DNA of 64,000 nucleotides from an uncultured Pseudomonadota bacterium. GTDB lineage: Bacteria > Babelota > Babeliae > Babelales > CAIQNR01. Both the position numbers and the translations under genes were made by a program. Below the pieces are notes generated by a model. It worked only from the letters and a program-made list of their open reading frames with translations. It ran no database searches and was not told the DNA's origin. Each line of letters opens with the position of its first letter. The first letter of the stretch is position 1. The stretch is from positions 61,569 to 125,568 of the forward strand of contig CAZSHB010000001.1 in assembly GCA_964606885.1 (NCBI GenBank), in the 5' to 3' direction. This document shows, one piece after another, positions 1-9,356 of the stretch.

Positions 1-435
1 CTTGTGTTCTTGAGGGGTCGTAAAACGTTGGCCATTTAGAAACGCACCATGGCCACTTATAGCCACAAACATTTCGTCTATAAGTGGATTAAAAACTACA
101 CCAATTAGACGTTGATCATGATGAGTAAGCGCTACAGAAACACAAAAATAGGGGAGTTTACGAGAAAAATTGGTTGTACCATCAAGCGGATCAATAACCC
201 AGCAATAGTCGTTACCCTGCTGTCTACCCGACTCTTCAGCATAGACTGCGGCGCCTGGGATAAGTTTGCTCAGATGTTCGAGCAGGAATTTTTCAGAGGC
301 TAGATCTGCCTGAGTGGCAAAACTGCCGTCTTGTTTAGTGAAGTGAGTGAGATCTTGATGATAGTAACTCAGCAGTAACTGTCCTGCTTGTCTGACTATG
401 CTTTCTGCCTGTTGTGCTACTATCTTTAGATCCAC
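1..435 (-). CDS. Inositol monophosphatase family protein (SuhB/CysQ-like); 3' end cut by window edge
   Basis: Absent from the ORF track (GTG start at 435, runs off coordinate 1). My translation is VDLKIVAQQAESIVRQAGQLL...ATQADLASEKFL...YAEESG...DYCWVIDPLDGTTNFSRKLPYFCVSVAL. It contains the IMPase signature W-x-IDPLDGT-x-NF. Confidence 0.75.
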   Translation of the reverse strand, partial: MDLKIVAQQAESIVRQAGQLLLSYYHQDLTHFTKQDGSFATQADLASEKFLLEHLSKLIPGAAVYAEESGRQQGNDYCWVIDPLDGTTNFSRKLPYFCVSVALTHHDQRLIGVVFNPLIDEMFVAISGHGAFLNGQRFTTPQEHK

Positions 436-463
436 ACTCACTCACTTTTTTATTTGATTAGTT

Positions 464-2290
464 TTAAATCAGCTTATGGTCTTCGCGAGAAGCGATACCA
501 AGAAGCGCATAAATTTCGCTTGCGTACATTGTTTCTTTTTCAAGTAATGTCGCAGACAAGAGATCCAACTTTTCACGGTTCTCTGCAAGCAACACAATCA
601 CTTGTTGATAACACTCATCGATAATACGACGCACTTCATCATCAATTTTTTGTGCTGTTACTTGTGAATAGACAAAATCACCTTGTTGTTGAGAATACAC
701 AATTGGCCCAAGCGCATCAGACATACCGTAATGCGTTACCATGGTACGGGCAATTTCTGTTGCTCGTAAAAAGTCGCTATACGCGCCCGTTGCCAACTTG
801 TTAAAGACCATCTGCTCTGCAACACGTCCACCAAGACAGATCTTGATAGATGCGATCATTTCATCTTTATTGCGTGAATACTTTTCCCGTTCTGGCATTG
901 AGTGCGTTACACCAAGTGCACGACCCCGAGGAATAATCGTTACTTTATGAAGCGGATCAGTCACTTCTGGAAGTAAAAGCGTTACCAATGTATGACCAGC
1001 TTCGTGCACTGCAGTCATATGCCGTTCTTCATCAGAAAGTGCGATTGTTTTAAGTTCTTTACCGATTAAGACTTTATCGCGCGCTTCTTCTATATCAGCA
1101 AGACTTACGTCTGCTTGATTGTTTTTAGAAGCGATAATTGCAGCTTCGTTGATCAAGTTTGCTAAATCAGCACCAGAAAAACCTGGCGTACCGCGAGCAA
1201 CCTTTTTTAGATCAACGTCAGGATTCATGTGTACACCTTTAGTATGTACTTCAAGAATTTTTTCTCGACTAATCAAATCTGGATACGGCACTTCAACACG
1301 TCGATCAAATCGACCAGGACGCATTAACGCTTTATCAAGAACATCAGGACGATTGGTTGCTGCAAGAACAATAACCGGTTCACCGCCCGTTTCAAAACCA
1401 TCCATCTCTGTTAAAAGTTGGTTTAATGTTTGTTCACGTTCATCGTTACCACCACCAAGGCCACTGCCACGGTGACGACCGACAGCATCAATTTCATCAA
1501 TAAAGATAATGCTTGGAGCATGCTTACGCGCTTGTGCAAAAAGATCACGCACACGAGAAGCACCAACACCCACAAACACTTCAATAAAATCTGAACCACT
1601 GATGCTAAAAAACGGACAGTTAGCTTCACCAGCCACTGCACGTGCTAATAACGTTTTACCATTACCAGGCTCACCTACTAATAATGCACCACGAGTAATG
1701 CGTGCACCAAGGCGCTTATATTTTTCAGGATTCTTTAAGAAATCAACCACGTCTTGCAGTTCTTCTTTTGCTTCTACAGCACCTGCCACAGAAGAAAACT
1801 TTTCTTTAATAGTTGATGGCATAAACATCTTTGCACGGCTTTTACCGAGTGTAAAAATGTTACCACTACCAGAACTGTTCGATCCATTTTTTTGTCTAAA
1901 GAAGTACCAAACGCCTAGTAACCCTGCTGCAAACACCATGAGTAATAACAACTGCCATACACCGGCTAATGCTGCACTTGTTTCTACAAAAGAAACTGGC
2001 ACACCCGATTTACCCAGTTGTTCCATGATGGTAGGAGCATACGGCATAATTGCTTCGTATTCTTTATCCTGAGCGCCCATCCATTTAACGGCAGCGCCAT
2101 CTATTTCTACAGAGCGAACTTGTTTTTTCTCTACTTGCACCAAGAAGTCTGTGTAAGTTGCACGCTCTTTTTGTCTGATGTTTCCATAAAAGGATGAAAG
2201 AACGGCTAAACAACCAAGCATAACCACTACGATGATAAGCAAGTTGCGTGGGCCGCCGCCTGATCCAAACTTTTTGTTTTTGTTCTTCAT
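464..2290 (-). CDS. ftsH: ATP-dependent zinc metalloprotease FtsH
   Basis: 608 aa with an N-terminal TM pair, AAA+ Walker A GEPGNGKT, Walker B IIFIDEID, the SRH region and the zinc motif HEAGH. Confidence 0.95.
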   Translation of the reverse strand: MKNKNKKFGSGGGPRNLLIIVVVMLGCLAVLSSFYGNIRQKERATYTDFLVQVEKKQVRSVEIDGAAVKWMGAQDKEYEAIMPYAPTIMEQLGKSGVPVSFVETSAALAGVWQLLLLMVFAAGLLGVWYFFRQKNGSNSSGSGNIFTLGKSRAKMFMPSTIKEKFSSVAGAVEAKEELQDVVDFLKNPEKYKRLGARITRGALLVGEPGNGKTLLARAVAGEANCPFFSISGSDFIEVFVGVGASRVRDLFAQARKHAPSIIFIDEIDAVGRHRGSGLGGGNDEREQTLNQLLTEMDGFETGGEPVIVLAATNRPDVLDKALMRPGRFDRRVEVPYPDLISREKILEVHTKGVHMNPDVDLKKVARGTPGFSGADLANLINEAAIIASKNNQADVSLADIEEARDKVLIGKELKTIALSDEERHMTAVHEAGHTLVTLLLPEVTDPLHKVTIIPRGRALGVTHSMPEREKYSRNKDEMIASIKICLGGRVAEQMVFNKLATGAYSDFLRATEIARTMVTHYGMSDALGPIVYSQQQGDFVYSQVTAQKIDDEVRRIIDECYQQVIVLLAENREKLDLLSATLLEKETMYASEIYALLGIASREDHKLI

Positions 2291-2374
2291 ATAGTCCTTA
2301 TGAATATATGTTATATGGCTATTTGAGCACTGTAGCCAGTATAATAAAACAGCCAGACAGTGTCGACTTTTGCA

Positions 2375-3679
2375 CTAAATAACTACCGGAAACTCGTTGT
2401 AGGCAAGCGACCAGTGAGGATAACTGCATACAACATTAGATGGAGTGATATACGTAAGCTTATTAGTCAATAGATTATGCATCGCAATACGCTTTGAAGG
2501 ACCATCATGCACCGCAAAGACTATGTAGTTGCCACATGCAGACCATGAACACTCTTGTTTATGAGCCTTATCAAACGTAACCTGTTTCTCTTTTCTTGTT
2601 GCAAGATCAAACACCATAACTTGAGCAACGCCTTCGTGCATTTTGATATACGCAATCTGATGCGTAGCTGGACAATAACTTGGTGATGTACAGCCGCTTG
2701 CTTGCGTTAAACGCTCAATAGTCTCTTTTTTACGATGCATATAATAGATAGCAGGTCGACCATCTTGATAATCAGAACAGAAAATCACATCACCATTATC
2801 AAGCAAAATTGGAGCTATATTATTTCCATCATTAAACGTTAAACGGGTATACATATCCTGCTTATCTTTTTTTGAATATCCATAATGGTACAACTGACTA
2901 CTGCCCTCGTGCGACAAACATAAGACCAGCTCTTTACCGTTAGAAGAAAACGAAGGTTGCATATTAAGACCATCAAAATTTGACGCTCTATATTTACGAC
3001 CATGCATATCACATGCAACTAAACGAATATTATTAGCCGTATATTCTGAAACCATTACCATAGGATTTTCAGCATCTCTATTCCAACGAGGAGCTAGCAT
3101 AGATGTTTGTATCGGCACCAACACTTGCTCATGGCTTCCGTCGTAATCTGCTATACACAAAGCCTTTTTAGTTTCGTTAACATAGACTAATTTACCCGAA
3201 AAGTATCCCGCATTACCAGTTAACACAGGCAAAATTGCATCGGCTATAGCATGCGCCCAACCACGTGGGACCACGCCCTGCTTTGGTACACGTAACCCTT
3301 TAACCATAGATGCTTTTTCTGTCTTATACACACGACACTCAAACCCTTTATCAGGATTATCTTGAATACACACCGCAAGTGCTTTTTTATCTTTATACCA
3401 ACTGTGCATTTGAGCTTTTGATTTTAAATCTAGTACGTACTCTGTGCTTACTTCAAATTGATCGGTAAATCCAAGATCTTTTGCTACGGTAATACAAACC
3501 GAGAGAAGTTCGTCAGTTTGCTGTCCAACACCTACTACCACTAATGGTACTTTTTTTGTCTGTGCACCCGCAAATTCAACATGTAGGTTTGTTTTTTGCG
3601 CGTCAGCTTGCATGCTGTTTGCTACACTTGTTACAAGAAATAAAAGAGAAAGTCTTAAAAAGTTCATGATTCTGCCCAT
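2375..3679 (-). CDS. tolB: TolB-like periplasmic beta-propeller protein
   Basis: Signal peptide, TolB-like N-domain and a repetitive beta-propeller region; sits downstream of tolQ/tolR/tolA-like. An alternative ATG at 3667 gives an ATGA overlap with the upstream stop. Confidence 0.7.
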   Translation of the reverse strand: MGRIMNFLRLSLLFLVTSVANSMQADAQKTNLHVEFAGAQTKKVPLVVVGVGQQTDELLSVCITVAKDLGFTDQFEVSTEYVLDLKSKAQMHSWYKDKKALAVCIQDNPDKGFECRVYKTEKASMVKGLRVPKQGVVPRGWAHAIADAILPVLTGNAGYFSGKLVYVNETKKALCIADYDGSHEQVLVPIQTSMLAPRWNRDAENPMVMVSEYTANNIRLVACDMHGRKYRASNFDGLNMQPSFSSNGKELVLCLSHEGSSQLYHYGYSKKDKQDMYTRLTFNDGNNIAPILLDNGDVIFCSDYQDGRPAIYYMHRKKETIERLTQASGCTSPSYCPATHQIAYIKMHEGVAQVMVFDLATRKEKQVTFDKAHKQECSWSACGNYIVFAVHDGPSKRIAMHNLLTNKLTYITPSNVVCSYPHWSLAYNEFPVVI

Positions 3680-4575
3680 GGTTTAAATATAAGTTCGATA
3701 GTTTTGCCCCACACGGCACGTGGAAATGTTAATGCCTTAATACCCTCTTCTACAGAGACGTCATAAATCATAATCCCCGATGTTTGTGTAAGTGTGTACG
3801 ATGCGAGATTGCCCTGCCAATCAACAGTAAGCAATGCCTGACATTCGATATGTGCGGGCACACCCACTGGAGGATGCCATGCTTGTGTTAATGCCTCAGT
3901 TAATAAACGATGCACCTCAATATCTGCTACTTCATCTTGCGTTACGTACATAATTTCTTGTCCTGAAGCCGTTACCGGCTGACCGCTTGCACCTGCATCT
4001 ACTACAGCAGAAGCTTCTTGTTGGACTGCTGCTGGTATTTCTGCCGCTTTTACTTCTGGCACTGTTTGTTGTTGTACCGGTTGTTCTGCTACAGGAGCCA
4101 CCGGAGCTTGTTCTGGTTTTACTGCAGCAGCTTGTTGAGCAGCTTTTACAGGTAACTCTTTTTTACTTTGTTTTGTCTGTTTTTTTGCAGCTTCTTTCTT
4201 TGTTGCAAGTGCCGTTTTTTTTGACACTTGTTTAGCGCTCTTTTTTTTTGTATCTACAGGTTTTGCTTTCTGTTGTTTTACTACCGATGTTTTAAGACCT
4301 TTTTTCTTACCCGTTTTGCCTACAACCGCACCGCTTTTACCTGAACCGCCCGCTGCAACCGTAGCTGCTACAGGCTTTTTTTGACCAAACGGAAGCACTT
4401 TTACTATAACGTCGCTTCTGGCTATATGCTTAGTATTAAAACTTATTTTGCCGCCGTTTGCTTGATAGAAAAAGAGAAGTAAACATGCAGTTACATGGAG
4501 CGCAACACTAACACCCACAATTTTTGATAGAAACTGAGTGCGCTCAGGTAGTCTTTGTGGTTGCCAACGCAACAT
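3664..4575 (-). CDS. TolA/TonB-like energy-transducer protein
   Basis: N-terminal TM anchor (VGVSVALHVTACLLLFF), a long Lys/Ala/Pro/Gln-rich linker and a small C-terminal globular domain. Position in the tol cluster fits. ATG at 4575 is preceded by AAAGGAG; the ORF-track TTG start at 4608 is less likely. Confidence 0.55.
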   Translation of the reverse strand: MLRWQPQRLPERTQFLSKIVGVSVALHVTACLLLFFYQANGGKISFNTKHIARSDVIVKVLPFGQKKPVAATVAAGGSGKSGAVVGKTGKKKGLKTSVVKQQKAKPVDTKKKSAKQVSKKTALATKKEAAKKQTKQSKKELPVKAAQQAAAVKPEQAPVAPVAEQPVQQQTVPEVKAAEIPAAVQQEASAVVDAGASGQPVTASGQEIMYVTQDEVADIEVHRLLTEALTQAWHPPVGVPAHIECQALLTVDWQGNLASYTLTQTSGIMIYDVSVEEGIKALTFPRAVWGKTIELIFKPWAES

Positions 4576-4975
4576 ACCGGACTCCTTTAACTTGCTTAAT
4601 ATCATCAACCAGTTTAATTACCGTGCCATAATGTACTGATGTATCAGCCTTTACAAACACTGTCTGGTCGCCCTTTTTGCCCACCGTAAACGTAATACGC
4701 TCTACAATATCTTTTTCTAATACTGGCACACTGTTTAAGTAAAATTTACCAGACTTATCAAGCGCAATAACAATATCCTGCTTTTGTGTGTCATCAACCT
4801 CTTTGACATCTCCACGAGGCAGTTCAACTTGCAATGCGTTTTCTTGTTTAAGCATTGGTGTTGCAACCATGAAAATAATCAATAATGTCAGTGCCACGTC
4901 AATAAGCGGCGTAAGATTAACTTCAGGAAGCGTGCGGTGAGTAAGACGTCTGAGACGACGGATTTGATACTTCAT
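4544..4975 (-). CDS. tolR: Biopolymer transport protein TolR/ExbD
   Basis: Single TM (LTPLIDVALTLLIIFMV) plus an ExbD/TolR periplasmic domain. ATG at 4975 has an AAGGAAG SD; the ORF-track start is 4990. Confidence 0.8.
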   Translation of the reverse strand: MKYQIRRLRRLTHRTLPEVNLTPLIDVALTLLIIFMVATPMLKQENALQVELPRGDVKEVDDTQKQDIVIALDKSGKFYLNSVPVLEKDIVERITFTVGKKGDQTVFVKADTSVHYGTVIKLVDDIKQVKGVRYVALATTKTT

Positions 4976-5660
4976 GTTCTTCCTTTTCATAACCTAAAAA
5001 TATCTGTAACAACAACGACACTCTGTCTGAAACACGGCACAGTTGATGCTCAATTTCCGCTACGCGCATTTGCAAATGATTAAACATAATCAACATAGGA
5101 ATCGCCACCATCAACCCTGCAAGGGTAGTAATCAATGCTTCTGCAATACCAGGTGCTGTTGTCACAATATCAGCACTTTGTAATTCACTAATACTCATAA
5201 ATGCATGCATCAATCCCCACACGGTACCAAAAAGACCAATCAACGGAGATACTGCAGCATTAACCGAAATAATATGAAGATGCGCATTTTCTTGGTACAC
5301 CATATGATCAATAGTTAAAAAGCGTTGTTCATCAAGTAATGCTTTTTCTTTTTCTGAAAGTATTGATGCGCGACGAGCAACTTTTTTTGCTTCTTGTACT
5401 TGTTCTAAAACAAGATGGCCTGCATACCCTTGTGCCGATTCTTGTGCAATAAACGTAAGTTGTTCAAGCGAGTTAACTGTACGCAAACGTACGCGCAGCT
5501 CAGTAAGTTGACGCATTTTCGTCCTAAACATCACTATTTTATAAAAAATAATGGTCCAACAAATAACTGATGCTGCTAACAACGACAAGAGCACAAGCTT
5601 GGTCATAAGATCAGATTGAGCGACTAAAAACCAGAGTGAATTGCCCGAAAAAAAATTCAT
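4923..5660 (-). CDS. tolQ: MotA/TolQ/ExbB proton-channel protein
   Basis: Three TM segments and the conserved C-terminal half (GLFGTVWGLMHAF...APGIAEALITTLAGL). Confidence 0.85.
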   Translation of the reverse strand: MNFFSGNSLWFLVAQSDLMTKLVLLSLLAASVICWTIIFYKIVMFRTKMRQLTELRVRLRTVNSLEQLTFIAQESAQGYAGHLVLEQVQEAKKVARRASILSEKEKALLDEQRFLTIDHMVYQENAHLHIISVNAAVSPLIGLFGTVWGLMHAFMSISELQSADIVTTAPGIAEALITTLAGLMVAIPMLIMFNHLQMRVAEIEHQLCRVSDRVSLLLQIFLGYEKEEHEVSNPSSQTSYSPHAS

Positions 5661-5699
5661 ATATTTTTCCTTCTTTTAAGCCTAATAGTGCCGCCTAGT

Positions 5700-7118
5700 C
5701 TACGTTAGTTTATTATTTTTTAACACCATTTCTTTTACTTTTTTCTTATCGTGTAACGACTGCTCAATTTGTAGTTCATACGCAGCTTGTACTAACTTAC
5801 CAAGCGCAGGCCCAGGCGCACACACATCCAAGAAATCTGCACCTGTTAACAACGGCTTTTCCGGTCCGTACGCAACACCATACTGTTGTGCACGTGTAAA
5901 AAATTCTTCAACTAATGGTTCTGGGCATACTGCTAATGGCCTGTGCTTTTCTGGATTACGTGCCGACTTATCCGCTTTACAAAGCATATACAAATCGTAC
6001 ATCGTACATTCTGGCGCAAGTTTTGATGCAAGTCGTTTATACGCAGCAGCACTACTGTTATTTTTTACTAATGCTATAGGTGTCATATGGTGGCGCACTA
6101 ATTTAAGCACCGCATCTTGTATATGTTGCGTGGGACATAAACGCTTAAGAAGACTACTTGCCGGTTTTACCCCTGCAACATCATGCCCTAACGAACGAAT
6201 GCGCCCATCAACAAATTGTGTAGTTGCCGGCTTGCCAAGATCATGCGCAAGTGCTGCAAACACTAATGTTAATTTTTTCTCTACAGTCTCATACGTATAC
6301 GAAGCTGCTGCATCAACTGCCTGCATAGTATGCTCAAACACATCCCCTTCCGGGTGGTATTCGAGCCACTGACTAACATGTTGTAAGGCCGCAACTTCAG
6401 GCGCTATCTCTTTAAGACGACCAATCGTGGCAAGCCAACGGATACCAAGCGATGGTTGTTCCGATTTTAAGAATAACTTTTCAAACTCTTTACTAATACG
6501 TTCTTGTGCCACACCTGCTAGATCCATATTTGTACACAAGGCTGATAGTTCTGCATCAGGATGCATGTTAAACCGACCTATAAACTGCATTACTCTATAA
6601 AAGCGCAACGGATCTTGTACAAAAAAATGAGCATCCGGCGTCCGCAACAGATTCTTCTGTAAATCGTGCACGCCATTAAAGGGGTCAATCAGTTCTCCAG
6701 TTGCAAGATCAATACCCATAGCATTTATGGTAAGATCGCGCCGCCTAAACGCATCGGCCATGTTCATATGCGGGTCTAACGTGACGGTTGGTTTTCTACC
6801 GGCAGTATCGGCACGAGGTAGCGACCAATCGGCAGGTATACCATCAATCTTTAAAACGCCGTACACCTTACCCACCAAACGCACATGCCCAAACTTTTTG
6901 AGTACCTTTTCTAGCGCTGCTAGTCCAAGACCATGCACTTCAATATCTATGTCTTCAAGAGGTTTTTGCAACAATGCATCGCGCACTGCACCTCCTACTA
7001 AAAGAACACGTGCATTCTGAACGTGTAAAGCATCAACTATAGGTGCAATGGCGGGATGTTTACTAAAAATAGTTTCACGTGTTTTTTGTACTAACTGAGC
7101 AACTTTTGTAGACTGCAT
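5700..7118 (-). CDS. cca: CCA-adding tRNA nucleotidyltransferase with HD domain
   Basis: PolyA-polymerase/CCA head domain (LLVGGAVRDALL...DIDIEV; RRDLTINA) followed by an HD domain (ALAHDLGK). Confidence 0.85.
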   Translation of the reverse strand: MQSTKVAQLVQKTRETIFSKHPAIAPIVDALHVQNARVLLVGGAVRDALLQKPLEDIDIEVHGLGLAALEKVLKKFGHVRLVGKVYGVLKIDGIPADWSLPRADTAGRKPTVTLDPHMNMADAFRRRDLTINAMGIDLATGELIDPFNGVHDLQKNLLRTPDAHFFVQDPLRFYRVMQFIGRFNMHPDAELSALCTNMDLAGVAQERISKEFEKLFLKSEQPSLGIRWLATIGRLKEIAPEVAALQHVSQWLEYHPEGDVFEHTMQAVDAAASYTYETVEKKLTLVFAALAHDLGKPATTQFVDGRIRSLGHDVAGVKPASSLLKRLCPTQHIQDAVLKLVRHHMTPIALVKNNSSAAAYKRLASKLAPECTMYDLYMLCKADKSARNPEKHRPLAVCPEPLVEEFFTRAQQYGVAYGPEKPLLTGADFLDVCAPGPALGKLVQAAYELQIEQSLHDKKKVKEMVLKNNKLT

Positions 7119-7233
7119 AGAATCATCACTTTTACATTAAAGATACTGTATGAATACCAAACAATTTTTATCTATCGATTTTTTATCAACTCTTTTTAAC
7201 TCTACGTTGCCAGCACTTTTTTTAAAAGATATT
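6955..7233. repeat. Segmental duplication copy A (cca 5' end + divergent promoter + 5' end of LRR gene)
   Basis: Aligns by eye over about 280 bp, roughly four-fifths identical, with 9081-9356. Shared blocks include gcaacaatgcatc, acacgtgcatt, gtgtaaagcatcaactata, gtactaactgagcaacttttgta and atactgtatgaataccaaaca. Confidence 0.85.
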
Positions 7234-8076
7234 CCATTCTTGAGCTATACAACATTAAAATGTGTGCCTCTTATACTTCTCTTTGTGTCTCATTCTTATC
7301 TGTATAGCTCAGATAAAAAACATATAAGCAAACAAGCAAGAAAATCTTTACGTACACTTCAGTTAAGTAAACTTCAAGCAATTCAATCGCAACAAAAAAA
7401 AGGTGAATCAACTCTTGAATGCATCCAGAAAGAACCAGAACATCCAGTCCATCATAAAAATGATACAGCCCAACTCACAGATAAACTGGCTACTGATGAC
7501 ATATTTACACGCAAGAATAAACGGGATTTTTTTGTAGTTCAGAACAAAGATGGAAGCTTTTCTACTATTAGCGCATTAACAGTGCTTATTCTATCGCATA
7601 ACAAATTAACATCATTCCCCAAAGAAAGTTTTTCTCATCTTTCATATTTAAAAGAGCTTGATTTATCAGACAACCAGCTCACTACACTGCCTGATATGTG
7701 TAAAGCAGATTTACCCAATCTAAAAACCCTACATTTATCCAGAAATAATTTAACATCTGAAACAGTAAATCAATTTCCTGTACTTCCACGTTTAAAAAAC
7801 CTTTACTTAGACAATAATCAAATAACAGAATTTCCTAATGTATCAGCTGAACCACTAATGCACATTCGTTATATTGATTTAAGTGATAATCAAATTACCA
7901 AGATAGATTACACTAAGATACTAGCGTATAAAAGACCTCTAGAAACTACGATATTAAATATGGAAAACAATCCTGTACAGGACACGAATAATCCTACTCG
8001 TTTAGGTATTATTTTTAAAGATGAAGATCGTTATCGATATAGAGGTAAAATACCCAATGAATGCACTTTACTTTAA
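7150..8076 (+). CDS. Leucine-rich-repeat protein with C-terminal CaaX box (CTLL)
   Basis: LRR units LxxLxLxxNxL (LKELDLSDNQLTTLPD, LKTLHLSRNNLTS, LKNLYLDNNQITEFPN, IRYIDLSDNQITKI). The last four residues are C-T-L-L then stop (TGC at 8062-8064). Confidence 0.8.
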   Translation: MNTKQFLSIDFLSTLFNSTLPALFLKDIPFLSYTTLKCVPLILLFVSHSYLYSSDKKHISKQARKSLRTLQLSKLQAIQSQQKKGESTLECIQKEPEHPVHHKNDTAQLTDKLATDDIFTRKNKRDFFVVQNKDGSFSTISALTVLILSHNKLTSFPKESFSHLSYLKELDLSDNQLTTLPDMCKADLPNLKTLHLSRNNLTSETVNQFPVLPRLKNLYLDNNQITEFPNVSAEPLMHIRYIDLSDNQITKIDYTKILAYKRPLETTILNMENNPVQDTNNPTRLGIIFKDEDRYRYRGKIPNECTLL

Positions 8077-8083
8077 GGACAGT

Positions 8084-9022
8084 ATGTATAATACATTTAT
8101 TTTTATTTTCATTATAGCGACAATGCAATCTTTTTTTTCACATGCATCAGATACAACTGCAGATCGTTATCATACCATCAAGTTTGCTGATGGTTCACAA
8201 AAAGAATATTCCAACGAATCCATTACCGATCTACCTATAATGCAAGCAGCACAAGACGCTTCTGACACTACAAATCACACACTAAATTTGTCCCATTTAC
8301 GCAATCTTAACAAACACTATTTCACTACTCTCTTGTTAGTATTAGAAGCTAAAAAACGAAGCCCTAATCATGCACAGGGTTACTATCTGCATAATGATGG
8401 TCGACGCGTTAGTGATCAAGAAAGCATTGATGCCCTCTATGCTGCGCAATCCATATATAAAAAAGATGATCCTATTCATCAAGAAATAGGAGGTAAATTT
8501 CACATGTTTTTACGACAAATTCACATATCTAATGCCTTTCTACGCGCCCTTCCACCCACTCTTCCTTTTAAAGATGAAGCAAATAATACAATATACACGC
8601 TTAATCTAGAAGGTAATCTGCTCACAACGCTTCCTGATAATGTTTTTAACCATCTAAAAAACTTGAGCACCCTCAATCTATCACGTAATTCTTTAACATC
8701 CGTAACTGCTGCAACTCTGTCTGGTCTTACTGCTTTAAAAGAACTTAATCTCTCATACAACAACCTCTCTCAAGTGCCTGAAGTTGCTCTAACATCATTA
8801 GAAAAGCTTGATGTACGCGGAAATAAAATAAAAAAAGTACGTTATGCTACATTAGCTCTTAAACAATTAGGGCCACAATTAAAACTCTTAGATTTACGAT
8901 CTAATCCCTTAAGTCCCGCTACTCACCTAGCTATGGATGCTATCCCAAAAGATACGTTAGACGTTTATCTAGAAGATGCTGATGTACCACCTAAAAAAGA
9001 TGGCGACTGTGCATTACTTTAA
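8084..9022 (+). CDS. Leucine-rich-repeat protein with C-terminal CaaX box (CALL)
   Basis: ATG at 8084 has an AAGGA SD 4 nt upstream and gives the signal peptide MYNTFIFIFIIATMQSFFSHA. LRRs: LNLEGNLLTTLPDNVFNHLKNLSTLNLSRNSLTS...LKELNLSYNNLSQVP. Ends C-A-L-L then stop (TGT at 9008-9010). The ORF-track start 8021 overlaps the upstream gene. Confidence 0.8.
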   Translation: MYNTFIFIFIIATMQSFFSHASDTTADRYHTIKFADGSQKEYSNESITDLPIMQAAQDASDTTNHTLNLSHLRNLNKHYFTTLLLVLEAKKRSPNHAQGYYLHNDGRRVSDQESIDALYAAQSIYKKDDPIHQEIGGKFHMFLRQIHISNAFLRALPPTLPFKDEANNTIYTLNLEGNLLTTLPDNVFNHLKNLSTLNLSRNSLTSVTAATLSGLTALKELNLSYNNLSQVPEVALTSLEKLDVRGNKIKKVRYATLALKQLGPQLKLLDLRSNPLSPATHLAMDAIPKDTLDVYLEDADVPPKKDGDCALL

Positions 9023-9064
9023 CAACAGATTATGTTAAGAACATTATGCATCGTATCACTTAGC

Positions 9065-9243
9065 TCACTATCCCTGCTTTCAAGATGCTTTTGCAACAAT
9101 GCATCTTGCACTACACCTCGTACAAAGAAAACACGTGCATTTTGAATGTGTAAAGCATCAACTATAGACTTAATAGCAGGATGTTTGCTAAAAATAATTT
9201 CTTGAGTTCTTTGTACTAACTGAGCAACTTTTGTACACTGCAT
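9065..9243 (-). pseudogene. Truncated duplicate of the cca 5' end (relic)
   Basis: The ORF-track peptide MQCTKVAQLVQRTQEIIFSKHPAIKSIVDALHIQNARVFFVRGVVQDALLQKHLE matches cca residues 1-55 (MQSTKVAQLVQKTRETIFSKHPAIAPIVDALHVQNARVLLVGGAVRDALLQKPLE). The GG motif is degraded and the rest of the gene is missing. Confidence 0.8.
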
Positions 9244-9356
9244 AAGATCATCACTTTTTAAAAAGGATACTGTATGAATACCAAACAGTTTTTAGCCATC
9301 GGTTTTTTACTAACTGCAGTTAACTGTACGTTGTCAGCACATATTTTTGAAGATAT
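9081..9356. repeat. Segmental duplication copy B
   Basis: Direct repeat of 6955-7233. It covers the cca relic, the intergenic promoter region and the first ~27 codons of the 9274 gene. Confidence 0.85.

Noticed and set aside
741-2072. Plus-strand ORFs of 69-187 aa (741-950, 1119-1475, 1509-2072) and the minus-strand ORF 1423-1641.
   Set aside because: All lie inside the well-supported ftsH gene, antisense or out of frame, and have no motifs. They are spurious shadow ORFs. The same reasoning applies to the other short ORFs nested in lon, gyrB, glmS, pyrG, recJ, lysS, dnaX, der, the cPLA2-like gene and the 995-aa gene.
3987-4235. 82-aa Leu/Val/Gln-rich plus-strand ORF.
   Set aside because: It is antisense to the Lys/Ala/Gln-rich linker of the TolA-like gene and is a compositional mirror artefact.
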